Shown: positions 1-12,077 of the stretch, piece by piece
How positions within the stretch are numbered: the first letter of the stretch is position 1
How the letters are laid out: each line of letters begins with the position of its first letter
Assembly: GCA_046563655.1 (NCBI GenBank)
Contig: CM102288.1
Span: 4,960,001 to 5,024,000 of the forward strand
Direction of reading: 5' to 3'
DNA: 64,000 nt
Origin: Yuukianura sp. NJ FZ-2021
Lineage: Eukaryota
Position numbers and translations under genes: made by a program
The notes under the pieces: model-generated
The model's database searches: none
What the model was told of the DNA's origin: nothing
The model's input: the letters and a program-made list of their open reading frames with translations, nothing else

Positions 1-455
1 ACCTACAGTTTTCGTTTCCTCGTTAAAGCTACAAGGCAAAGTGTAGGGAGTTATTGATTTTTCTACGGCTTGGTCTAAAAAGCTGAATCTCTCCTAAGGA
101 GAAGCGCCAACGCATGTACTATATGTTTCGGTTTTTACCGCAGACTCAATACATTGATCTAATTACTTCACTTGTACTATTATTATTGGAGTTGGTCAAA
201 GAAAAGCATATAGTTTATTACTTTCCGGATAGTCCACTCAAAGGAAAACTAAAAGCTTATTTAGAATTACTCGTAAATTAAGTTTTATCTAACTACCTAA
301 CACGGATGTCTGTCGACGGCGATCCCTCAGGAATTTGTTTAATAATCGTGTTGTTATTTTAATTATGTACAGACTGTAGACGGGGCTAAAAGATCCTTCC
401 ATTATCAATAACCATTCACGCGAAATTCAGCATTCAGCTTTCATCTGACTTTGTC

Positions 456-1222
456 CTAATCGAGCCACGATTGCTCCACGCAGGCCTTGACCCGCTTTTC
501 ATACTCTCGTCGATTCTCCTTGTAGAGCTGGGCTGCCATAGAGTTAGCCGGAGAGTTAGGGTTCGGATCGCTAAGTAATGACTGAATAGAGGTGACTGCA
601 AACGAAATTAAAAACAGTTAGGTACAATTCTTCTTGAATTGCAGTAATGGCTCTGGGTTCAGAGGAAAAAAATGATGGAGAAATATTCGAACTCTTACGA
701 ATGGCTGAGACGTCGTACGTTGGACTCCAACGATTTTGAAGAATGTCCAGGCAAATCGCCCCGTCAGCATCTGTCCAAAAAAGACAAGTTCATTAAAAAT
801 TGTGCATTCCTAAAACCAGTAGATCGTGTAAAGCATCGCCGTAATATCTCGAGCAAAAGTATCTCTACAAAAATATCTGGATTCGAATAGGTTGGGTAAG
901 AGATATTTCAAGAGATATTTTTGGAAGATATGATGGCAATGACGCGACGCGTCATTGACGCGTCTTCATTCGTCTTACAAACGTTTGGATGAAACAATTT
1001 GGATACGAATCGAACAGTGGGTGGCTTATTAGGATATTCTTCAGTAAATTCAACGGAGAGTTTAAAAGTTCCATCCTCGAAGGGAGTTTCATGCGGGCCA
1101 AAGATGATGGCGTTCCAGAGCATAATGTTGTTGTCAGTCGGAGCACCACTCACTCCAGCCGGAGGATCTTCTTGCAGTTTCTTAAAATCACGCATAAGCC
1201 GACGTCTTGCTGGAGTCGACAT
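456..1222 (-). CDS. Rad6: Ubiquitin-conjugating enzyme E2, Rad6/UBE2A-B orthologue (exons 1222-979, 770-699, 595-456)
   Basis: [26 protein letters not shown] start; GT-AG splicing restores [15 protein letters not shown] (catalytic Cys) and PNPNSPAN...[15 protein letters not shown]. Confidence 0.96.
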
Positions 1223-2848
1223 CCTCGTAAGTTCCAAACGGCCTAGCACTGCCCTATCACAAAGAACTCGCTGCGGAATAGAAGAAAAGATCTGAAAAAC
1301 AGAAACAGGCATACAGTTAGACGTTGAACCAACGGGAATTGAATTATTCGCGTTTCCATTTTTCCCCGATCATTATTGCGATAAGAAACCCGCTTGGGAT
1401 GTGTTAACCATAATGCGTAGTATACTGCGCAAGTATACGTACCTTTATTACGTATACTTTTATTACGGACGGTAGTACTTTTATTACGGACGGGGAAGAG
1501 ACTCTGGTTAAATTTTCAGAAAAACTCTAAAGTTTTAGAAACTAAAGCGAGAAAGTGACTACAAATTAGGTAAGATTACTAGGTTATTACGACGCTTTTC
1601 CTGAAGCCACTTCGCCAGTCAACTAAACTTTAGGGCTTTTCTCTTGGTACTTAGGTGTAATCGGTGTCGTAATTCCCTTCGGACGCAGAGTAGTGGAATT
1701 TCAATGGAATTTACTAGAACTTACGGTGCCAAATTCGTCAAGGTTAAGGTTGTATTTGGTAGTTTGGTTGAATCACCTGATCGACTGCTCAACAGCTACT
1801 AGGTTATTCGTGTTTTAAGTGAACTAGAGTGGATGCCTGAGATTCAAATAGGCAAAATCGATTAGTTGTGTAAAAACTAAACGATGGATTGATGTGATTA
1901 ACTGTTATTTGTTTCTCAGGATTTCCAAATATGAAACGGAAAGGGAAGAGTGATTCACAAACATCTTTCGTCGTCGTTTAGTGTGTCCTCCTAGAACACC
2001 CACACGTACCAGCACCCCACAACGACGTCATGCATGGGCATGCTAATTTCTCGGGGAAGATTTGGGGGTATGAGGGGAGATATCATATCATATCACTGAT
2101 ATGGCACTTTACGGAGTTTTTCCAGACAATCCAAATACATTTCCTACCGTATCAAGTGTAAAGGTATACAGATTTTCAATGTTTTAAAATTCAAAGCGTA
2201 AACGGGTCGACCTCACTGCTCGATTTAAACGTCCATCGGAGAGTACGTAGCGTAGAAAAAAGTTCACAGAAACCGACAAGTTTTGAGAAAACCAGAAAAT
2301 TTTCACCAAAAGTTTGATATGCACAACCACGGCAATGTAACCGCTGAAGGTACAATAAGGCACCATAAATCTTACTTCTACCAAACCTTAATATGCGTGT
2401 CAGGTTGCAGTACCTATCGCTAATTTCGCCGTAAAATCACCAAATCTCCCCCCATGCACTTTGGTCAATTTTCATTCGACGTAACCGAACGAAGCACGGC
2501 ACAGCTGTGCCATTGCCATTACACAACGTTGCTGTGCGTACCCTCTAGTTCGACTGGCTCAATCAGTTATTCGTGCTAAATTCGTATACGCCTGTGCAAA
2601 ACACGTCATTCAGCCTTCCACTTAATCCCTGCAATTTTCTCCACTTTTCGCTATCTTTTGTTTTGGTTTGAAGGATGTGTACAGAATGACGTCAGAACAA
2701 CAGCTGACGGAGTTGAGCTGAACAAAAACCGAGGTAGTAACCTTCTGGACGTCATACTACTGATAATACCTTATAGAAGCTTACTTTTCCGTCAATCACT
2801 TCTGGTTCTGATTTTCAACATAAGGTTTATTCAACCAATCAACTATTC

Positions 2849-4706
2849 TTATTCGTAATTGATACCCACCTCCTGGTCAAACTCGTCTTCTGTCATCTTG
2901 CCCTTCTTCAGTCTTCTTAAGAGTCCACTGTCCTTTTCTAGCTCTTCCATCTCATCCTGTGTCAATGCATTTCGTTTCCGTTTCTTGGCTACCTTCCTCT
3001 CGTATTTCTTCTTGGATTTGGCCTTCGAGATAGACCAAGCGTCCTGTGTCGGAATAACTCGCTTCGGAGCTCCCTTCACTGGCCACTTTCCAGTGTCGGC
3101 GTACGTTGCAAGTTTCCGTTTCCTCGACTCCTCCCTCAGTTTGTCCTTGTACGGTAGGGCGTTAATGTCGACGTCCACTTCCTCAAATCTATTCCCTCCC
3201 TTTAGCCAAACTTCGGACATCTTTGGGAACTTGAGCAGGCCGTACGACAGCCCAATCTTCCCCCACTCCAAGTTCTTGGCCTTCAGAATGACTTTGCAGT
3301 CGTGTTTAGAGTAGGATTTGAAGTAGGACACGAACGCTGCAAAAGAGTAATGTTAAAAACTTACTACAATTCTGAATTTGATCAAGTTAAATATTCTCAT
3401 CAACGTCGTAGATTTTTTCGTTGTTACCTCTCATCGCTTTGTCGTACATAGCACGGTCCTCCAGTTGGAACTTTCTGATTTTGGCTACTAAAGAGTCCAC
3501 TTCTGTTGGCGTAGCTCCCATCGTCAACTGTTCCAGCGATACTTTTTGCGTCACCTCGACGTAGTTGACATAGTCTAGTTCGCTAGGTTGGAGCAAGAGG
3601 AGAGACTTTCCCTCTTTGCCATTTCGAGCCGTTCTGCCTGCGCGGTGAATGAAGGATGCTGGATTGGAAGGCGGGTCATACTGGACCACCCAGTGGATTT
3701 CCTGGATAACATCAATTCCTCGTGCCATGACATCCGTACAACAAAGTATACCAGTCTCCAAGGCTCTGAATTTGTCAAACGTTCCTAGTCGCGTCTTCTC
3801 CTTCATCTTGCCATGGATAGAAATAACCTGAGTCTGGGAGGCAGGATCTTTCCCCTTGCGCAGTAGTTGTTGCAGAATTAGAGAAAAGTATTCCACGCAG
3901 GCACAAGTCGAGAAAAACAGTAACACTTTCTTCATCCGTTCTCTCTTCAGAAAGTTTAGCAAAGCTGCAAACTTGGCTTGAGGATCCACAACAGCGTAGT
4001 AATTTTGGAGAGTCTGCGGGACACGGCTGCTGTTGTCGCTATCCTTGACTACGACTGCGACGGGGTTCCGAAGCCCCGCTCTGATAAGTTTCACCACCTC
4101 GGTTGTTTGAGTGGCCGAAAATAGTCCTGTCCGTCGCTGTTTCGGAAGAAGTCGCAGGATTGTGTTGAGATTTTGCTCAAATCCTAAATTCAGTAGACAG
4201 TCCGCTTCATCAAGAATCAACACTTCTAAGTTTTTGACAGCATTGGCAATTCTGGAATCTGTCTTCCTCAGAAGAATGTCTTCCAGCCTTCCAGGTGTGG
4301 CGATAACAATATTGGCTCCATGTTCGGCGAACAGTTCCAGATCCGTTTGTATAGGAGTTCCGCCTATGAACAGGATTTGCCTCAGAGATGACGTGTGTTT
4401 GAGCAATTCTGTAAGAACTTGGCTTATCTGCAGCGCTAATTCTCTCGTGGGGGCAATCACAATGGCTCCAACCTCATGAGTCTTCCACTTTTCGCTTCGT
4501 CTCAACAAAATTTGAATCGTTGGGACAAGGAAAGCCAGTGTCTTCCCACTTCCGGTTACAGCTTCGGCGCTCACATCTTTGTAGTTGAGCATCAAGGGAA
4601 TACAGGCTGCCTGGACAGGAGTCATTTCGCTGAATCCCATTTCAGCGACAGCTTTAAGTAGAAGGGCGTCTACCGGAGGTTTGATCGCAGTCCAGCGATT
4701 GTCCAT
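2849..4706 (-). CDS. DDX55: DEAD-box RNA helicase DDX55/Spb4 (intron 3337-3427)
   Basis: Q motif MTPVQ, AVTGSGKT, PTRELA, DEAD, SAT, HRAGRTAR; spliced RAFVSYF...YSKHDC and LLKFPKMSE typical of DDX55; Lys-rich tail; AATAAA just after the stop (2826-2831, minus strand). Confidence 0.93.
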
Positions 4707-4776
4707 TGCAGAGCAAAAGATATAACTTGGAATTGGAAAGATTGTTCGTTTTAAGTTATCTGGTTGTCGTTAGTTT

Positions 4777-5367
4777 CTATAACTTGTCAGTGGAACAGGC
4801 GGGTGTGGAAGTACCAGCACCAGCAGTGATCCCAACGTGTTGCCTGTATCGTTGTTTTAACTCGTTTAAGTTTTTGGATTTTCTAGAAGCTTCAGTGGAT
4901 TTTTCTTGCAGTAGTCGTTTCTTCTGGGCCTTGATACTCATGTCCCCATTCAATAAATCGTCTAGTCGCTCCACTAAGCGCTCTCGCGCAATCTCTCTGT
5001 TTTGATGCAACAGTCTAGAAAACTGACACTTGATCACGATGCCTGAAAAGATCCAAACGAATGGATGCTACTTGTAAGATAAGTTGCTAGTATATGGGTA
5101 GGTTGGTGGTTGGTGTTGGTATAAAAATAGTTTACCTGTTGGAAGGTGTTTTAAGCATACGCAACTGACGGTTTTGTTTACGTTTGAACCCCCGGGACCA
5201 CTACCTTTGATAAAAGTTTCCTCGAGATCAGCTTCGTTTAGAACCGGAACTCTGGATTTGTCAATAAAATGCTTCTGCCGTATCTGCAACCATGTATACG
5301 TCACAAAACTTCCCGCTGAATTTCGCTGCTGAATCCTCAAACCGGAGGCTAGTTTTGCCCAGTACAT
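4777..5367 (-). CDS. MTRFR: Mitochondrial translation release/rescue factor, C12orf65/MTRFR-like (intron 5043-5135); GGS in place of GGQ
   Basis: [40 protein letters not shown]...NREIARERL matches the C12orf65 RF-1 domain; basic N-terminal presequence and basic C-terminal helix. Confidence 0.85.
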
Positions 5368-5982
5368 TTATAAAGCCATTTAGCAATGGAACCAAGGCTG
5401 CGTGGTGTCAATGATTCTGTATTAAACGTTAACCACAAACTTTGCCTCTTCAGTTATAAATCGCAGTGTACGGTGTTTTTTTTTGTCAATTGGCGATCGT
5501 GAATTTACCTTTCAAATTGGAATTGGAATTGGGATTCAATTAAGATCAATGCAGCGAAAACGTGGATATGTCTTGGTGGCACTTCTTGTCAGCTGCTGTA
5601 GCTCTACCATAAGCAGTCCACTAATCCTCTGACTTAGCAGACCGCTGCAGCAGCGTGAAAAGAAGTTATGTATTATAAAAAAAAAACTCTCAGATATATC
5701 TCCAACATAAAGAGGAGTTGTATTCGGTCACAACAAGCCAAAGTGCATGGCATGGGAAAAACAATGTGTTTGTTTTCTGTGCTTGGAGAACTGGAAAGGG
5801 GTGGGAGTTTACATACACTTCTCCTAGCACAGACTTTTTCTCTCATCTCAACTCACAGCAAAAAACACAACGAATGGGCAGAAGTACGGCTGAGTTGCAA
5901 CCGTTGTACGCGTTTGTCCATTTTATAGCTGATTTTATTAATTGTGACGTTAATTTGTCAATCTAGGAACGGACGCAATACT

Positions 5983-6024
5983 CTAGAATATTTGCGTTGC
6001 CGAAAGGCAACGCAAATATTCTAG
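5983..6024. repeat. Perfect 19-bp-stem hairpin with GAAA loop, ending CTAG followed by a T run
   Basis: ctagaatatttgcgttgcc-gaaa-ggcaacgcaaatattctag-ttttttt. Confidence 0.85.
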
Positions 6025-6359
6025 TTTTTTATAACTCTCAGGTTTTTCCTCAACAAATAATATAGTTTAGTTCTATCTCTTTTCTATGTTTATTGTTTAC
6101 GATGTGAATTATTATTTATAAGAACCACAAGCGACAACCTTAACAAAAAATCATGCAGTGGTGTCGGTCTAATCTAACGTCGGTTGCGTCTGCGTCCACG
6201 CGTTCTAATTTATAAGCATTTCTATATATGCGCTGACAAAGGCAGGATCGATCAGAGGAATCCGAATCAGGGAATTCGAATAGCCCCGTTGTCCAAGGAA
6301 TCAGCGGATTAGAGGATCCGACAATTGTCCTCATTCCGCTCTCGTGTGAGTCTAAATAC

Positions 6360-7605
6360 GGGTGTATCAAGCAAGGACCTCATCACCGTCAAACCAGCAC
6401 CGTCAAGCCATCACCTCAGCACCTCAATTTTTTTTTTGAAAAGTGAGGTGTTTGGGTGCTGACTTGAGACCTCCCCCCCGGTGTATAAATTCAGTAGCGC
6501 ACTTCTACCACCTCACCTCCAATGTTAAGGATGCATCATAAAAAATTCAATTCCCAATGAAAATTCACACTTACGCTTACTTTTGAAGGAATTGGTATCT
6601 TGAGAAATTCTTCTGACAAAAAGTTGAATTTCAGCTGAATTTTTCAAAATTCCAATTCCTCAAAAAGTAAGTGTACAAGTGAATTTTTAAAAATTTGGTC
6701 ACGTCAAAAAGTTAGAGAACTGGTCAATTTTTCACGAGACCAACATTTCAAGACGGTAGAGTAACGCGTGAATCCTCGGCAAGGCAAATATATCCAAAAG
6801 TTGAATTTCAGCTAAATTTTTCAAAATTCCAATTCCTCAAAAAGTAAGTGTACAAGTGAATTTTTAAAAATTTGGTCACGTCAAAAAGTTAGAGAACAGG
6901 TCAATTTTTCACGAGACCAACATTTCAAGACGGTAGAGTAACGCGTGAATCCTCGGCAAGGCAAATATATCCAAAAGTTGAATTTCAGCTGAATTTTTCA
7001 AAATTCCAATTCCTCAAAAAGTAAGTGTACAAGTGAATTTTTAAAAATTTGGTCACGTCAAAAAGTTAGAGAACAGGTCAATTTTTCACGAGACCAACAT
7101 TTCAAGACGGTAGAGTAACGCGTGAATCCTCGGCAAGGCAAATATATCCAAAAGCTGAATTTCAGCTTAATTTTTCAAAATTCCAATTCCTCAAAAAATA
7201 AGTGTACAAGTGAATTTTTAAAAATTTGGTCACGTCAAAAAGTTAGAGAACAGGTCAATTTTTCACGAGACCAACAATTCTTCCAGTAGATATCCAGTGG
7301 AAGTGGCAATTACGCCACTGGACGTTTAAGCGTACAGCAAAACAGCTTACCGGAATTGAATTTTTTATGATGCACCCTTTAACATTGGAAGTGAGGTGCT
7401 GACTTTATACACCGGGGGGGGGGGTTGTGTCAAGTCAGCACCGAAACACCTCACGTTTTAAAAAAAAAATTGAGATGCTGAGGTGCTGGCTTGACGGTGG
7501 GACATCCTTTAACACAGCTCTGAGGTGCTGAAGTGAGGTGCTGTCTTGACGGTGCTGAAATTGGGGTGCTGGATTGATGGTGATGAGGTGTGGCTTGATA
7601 CACCC
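6360..7605. mobile_element. Non-autonomous DNA transposon (MULE/foldback-like) with long imperfect TIRs and a 10-bp TSD
   Basis: Ends GGGTGTATCAAGC...GCTTGATACACCC; gtctaaatac at 6350-6359 and 7606-7615; inner TIR blocks ccggtgtataaa/tttatacaccgg and gcatcataaaaaattcaattcc/ggaattgaattttttatgatgc. Confidence 0.88.
6618..7276. repeat. 177-bp tandem repeat, ~3.7 near-identical copies, inside the transposon
   Basis: gtacaag recurs at 6673, 6850, 7027 and 7204. Confidence 0.93.
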
Positions 7606-9011
7606 GTCTAAATACTAAAATAAAGCACCTTCCTCTCCCTTTCTCCTCTATCCGTCTCGTCGTTCGCTTGCAGGCTTTTTCTAAGTTACAATTTTGTTTT
7701 CATTTGGTCGTTGTACGTCGTAGGGGTTGGTTGGTGTTGGTAGTCTCGCTTTTGTTTACGACGGAACAAAGTCCTTCCTGGTTGGAGAGGATACTGCTGG
7801 TTCTGGACCCTGGTACTTACTACCCACTTCTGGACGAGGAAGTCCACTGGCTACATAGACGAAATCTCTAACGGTACTTACAAATAATAATAAATTAACG
7901 TTGTATTAGTACTACAGAATAGTTAAGTAGAAAAGTATTTCCGTTTGTTGTCTCTGGTGCATGGTGGTCTCCGAATCATCCGATTATCCAATGTTGTTTT
8001 TCTTTGTCGTTACCCTGCCCATGTTGTTTCCATGGGCAGACACAAGGTATGGCTCCTTTTTTTGCTATCGAATACAACCTGGGTTTGGCAACCTCAAAAA
8101 ACGAGCAAAGTTTAGTGTGAAGACTTTTTGATGGTATTCTTTTGCAGAATTAGTGTTGACCGACCACTCCATGTTCATGCAGGTGGCCAAGGTAGTGTGG
8201 GCGGAAGCTTGAAGTTAATTGTTTGTGGGCTGATGACTCACAGTCATCTGTTGGACCGAAGGAATTAAGAGCCACAGGTGAGTGGCCTCCTTGTACCAGG
8301 AATTCACTCTGCGTTTTTCTTCGGAATTAGAACGATTCTTTGAGTAGACGTGGGACGTGGGAGGGAAGTGTCGCTCAAAGAGAAATCTGCCTCGCTCAAA
8401 ATGATTTCTTGAGATTTAATGATTATTGAGCGCGGGTAAATGGCCTCCCTCCAGGGACTTGGCCTCAATTCCTCTCATCAAAGTCCATTCAACTCTACGC
8501 TTTCGGTTGTTCCTTGTCTCGGAACAATCGAACGTAGGACAGGCGTAGCAGCTCCGCTTCTCAAACAAGCAGGAAACTTTTGGCATTCACGAAACAAACA
8601 ACGGAACTTTTCTAATCGGCTCATTCCACCTTTCTTCTTTCAGGCACAACCAAGACCTCAGTCAGTCAACTCCTACTACCTCTCCAACCAACGTCAGCTT
8701 GGGACTTGCATCAACGGAGAGCATTACTCACGACAAGGATCTTTGCCCTGAGGCACGAAACTTAAGTTATTCATCTTATTGGCTTTCACAGTACAAAGGT
8801 GGTTGTTGCGAAGGAGACACTCTATTCTGTGCGTTGTTTGTCAACTAAAAGTACTACAGTCTCCTTCCCTTCCGTGTGTCAACGAAGAATCAGTCATCTC
8901 TGAGGAATGTGGAGATTTAGTTGAAGCTTTGCGAAATTTGGACCAAATTGAATTCGAGGAAGACGGAGTAGCAGCACTAGGGCGGAAGAGACGTTTGATT
9001 GGCTAAACAAG

Positions 9012-12000
9012 ATGCTGGACTATTACAAAGTCCTCGAAGTTACCAGGAACTCAACCAGCGCAGACATCAAAAAGGCGTAAGACCGCTTTACATTACGTTA
9101 GTTTTACTCTTTTTGTTTTCCCAAATACTAATTAACCTACTTAAGAAGTCTAGGCTCGTATTTGCGCTAGACAGACACCGATTTAGGTTAGAATTATTCA
9201 GGTTAGAAGCTGTCAAGCTGTGTCATTCTATTCCTATGGATGTAGGATGCAACCACTCCACTTTTCGTTTCCTGTGATTGTGATTTCCATTGTGTTAGTA
9301 ATTTCCCGTTCCAATTCAATTTGAAACCTCATTTTTTTTTCTGCGAAGCGAAATTGAGAAATGTGACAAAATATGTAATCAGGTGACGTTGATAAAGTTT
9401 GCGTACTGTGTGGAGATGTGTAGAAGTGGGGAACAAGGGAATACACAGTGGAAGTGTTTCGTTTGGATCTATTTTTGGAGTTTCAGAGGGCGATGTGTCT
9501 AATTTTAAGTTGGCTCTGGCTAATTCCCAAGTTCTTATAGGACCGAGGTCTCCTCATGAGACTCTCTTAACACCTACGCTGCTTAGTGATACAAATAATG
9601 TTGGGATTAGGATCAAAGCGAACGCTCTTCTACATATCCAGTGCCAGTAAAACACCTAAATAGTAGTTCATCACGGTCAACCTTGCATTTCGTCGGAGGT
9701 GGACAATGTTTCACTTAACATGGCGTAGTCTATGGTTTTCCAAATTCTCAACTGTTGTGGTTTTAGGGAGCTTAGCGAATAGATTTGGGATTGTTTCTAA
9801 TTCAGGATTGCCATTAGCCTTGGCTAAATCATTTGGCAGGATGACAGTACGTGGATGATGTTTTAATGTCTTAATTGTCCATAGTATGAACTGGGATTTG
9901 AAGTTATTGGAGACAAAGCTAAGCTCCTCCCATTAATCAATCAATTTCATTGTTTGATTTTTTAGATATCGCAGACTGGCTCTCAAATGGCACCCAGACA
10001 AAAACCCCAACAATCAGGAGGAAGCAACGAAAAAATTCAAAGAAATCTCAGAAGCGTACGAAGTGTTGGCTGATGGTAAGCCATCCTTAACACTCTCAAA
10101 TCCAAAATCCTTCATGCTCATTCGACCCACTATTTCAATTTTACTCGGAAAGGGAAACTTATTTAGTCTTAAAATGAGTAAGGTTAAATGGAATTGACGT
10201 GTGTTTCATTTGCGAGTCAAGTTGGTCCGCAGTTAAGTTAAAAACTTGTTTGGACAATGTTGGACGAGTTTGGAATGAGTGGAAGGGGATTTGGATTGGA
10301 AAGTGAATAATACGGGGATGATTTATTAGAGTCGAAGCGGAGGCATTATGATCGTCGGGGTAGAAGCTCCAGAACCCACGCTTCCAGAAACCACTACGAG
10401 TCACCCTTCAGCAGATACTTTGGTAACTTCCATCGATAGAGACTTTCGTTTGATTTTAAACGCCTAATCACCTCACGACTCGTGTGTTGCTTTATGAGCT
10501 AATTCTAAACTAACCGAGTCACTGTGCTGGCTGACCTTGGCACAATAATCGAAATTTAATTGTTCCTTTAATAACAGTGTTCCCCCTGCATAATGATTGG
10601 TGCCTATACTACTAATTGGTGTGGGTTTATGTGATGCTTCTGCCTTGAACACCGTAATTTCTTACTGATCAGGAAGCCATTAACCCAAACAATGCTCCAA
10701 TGTTACTTGCACTGCCATCTCACACGTTTCGACTACATTGGCATATTGGCAAACTATTAACGATTAGTAATTTAAAGGAATAACTGGAAAATGTAAAATG
10801 GTGGAGGTGCATTCGGCCCTCTTCGGATATATTTTGAGAGCCCCAGTCAAGGTTTGTTGACTTGTGATTTTCTTTAACAGGTTGGGTAATAGCTCATGGG
10901 TTTTCCATTTTGCACGAAAAAGTATCTTTTCATTTCGGTGCGTCGTAGTTATAACAATACAGCCAATTTTTTAAAATTTTGCATACGAATTGGTACCAAT
11001 TTTTCGGATTGGTACTAATTTTTTGTTTTTGTTTTGCGGTTTTTCTCAGCAAGCGAGGTAGTACCCAACCTGTTAAAGAAAAGAAACGCTTCGTTGTCAA
11101 GGAACCTTGGCCCAGGTTGTGAATAGATGGACGACAGATTGGTAGATGTCCATGTAAGTCGTGTGCGTGGGTCTCGTGTTCCTCTGACCGTCCTTAGTCA
11201 CAGTACTAAAAAGGAGGACATGAGTGCACTTGATGCTCCAAACACCCAAGCGTGGGAGTTTGGAGGTCAACAGTCAAAGTTGAATGATGCGGTGGAGTTT
11301 GCGAGGCAAACATTAACAGGAGTTTGCTAATAACAGGCTGAAGGGTCCACTTGCTTTTACTACCGCTTGACATTGGGTGAAATGTAGGGAGTGGTCATAA
11401 CAATTACTCAAACCGGAAATGTAATTTCATCGTTGCATAATTATTGTTTTCAGAGAAACGGCGTCGCACCTATGACCAAGGAGGAACTTCAGGATTTGAA
11501 CGTCAAAATGGTCGCAAAATGAACAACGACTTTGACTTCGATTTTTACACGTTCCAGTTCCGATCACCCGAAGGTATTATTTTTGTTGCATCAAAATTTA
11601 TTGTTTTTGTGAACGGATTATTTAACGTCTTATTTTGATGTTTTTAGAAGTGTTCCGGGAGTTCTTCCGTGGAGACCCATTTGCAGATATTTTTGGATCT
11701 AGTCTCTTTGGCGGTGGGCTGAGAGATAATCATGGAAGAGTGTCGAACATGTTCTCGCCCTTCAGCCTCAGTCTCGACATGAATGGGTTCGGTAACCATG
11801 ACGACGGATTCGGAAATTGGGGGTCTGCTGGTGGACCGAGTCACAATGTGAAAAAGACTTCAACGTCTACCAGATTTGTCAATGGGAAGAAAATCACTAC
11901 AAAAAAGTAAGCTAAGGTTTCCAATTTTCCATAAGATGACGAGTTGCTTCATTTTGAATCAATTTTAACTTTTTTCCTTTGTGTAGGGTGATTGAAAACG

Positions 12001-12077
12001 GGAAGGAGACGACGACAGTATTTGAGAACGATATTCTCAAGTGCAAAACTGTTCGAGATTTACCAAAGTATTCTTAA
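9012..12077 (+). CDS. DNAJB6: DnaJ/Hsp40 subfamily B member 6 (Mrj)-like; exons 9012-9076, 9966-10075, 11454-11573, 11648-11906, 11987-12077
   Basis: [10 protein letters not shown]...[18 protein letters not shown]...[14 protein letters not shown] domain; G/F-rich region; [25 protein letters not shown]-terminus typical of DNAJB6. Confidence 0.92.

Noticed and set aside
2859..4661. Plus-strand ORFs antisense to DDX55, and similar shadow ORFs over Rad6, Atg9, the oxidases and SLC46
   Set aside because: Antisense shadows of real coding exons with no recognisable motifs
5983..6031. Rho-independent terminator
   Set aside because: The shape fits but the context is eukaryotic, with no bacterial gene upstream
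6618..7276. Regularly spaced repeats as a CRISPR array
   Set aside because: Whole 177-bp units repeat with no unique spacers; eukaryotic context
8440..9006. ORFs upstream of the DnaJ start
   Set aside because: No protein features; more likely 5'UTR or intron sequence
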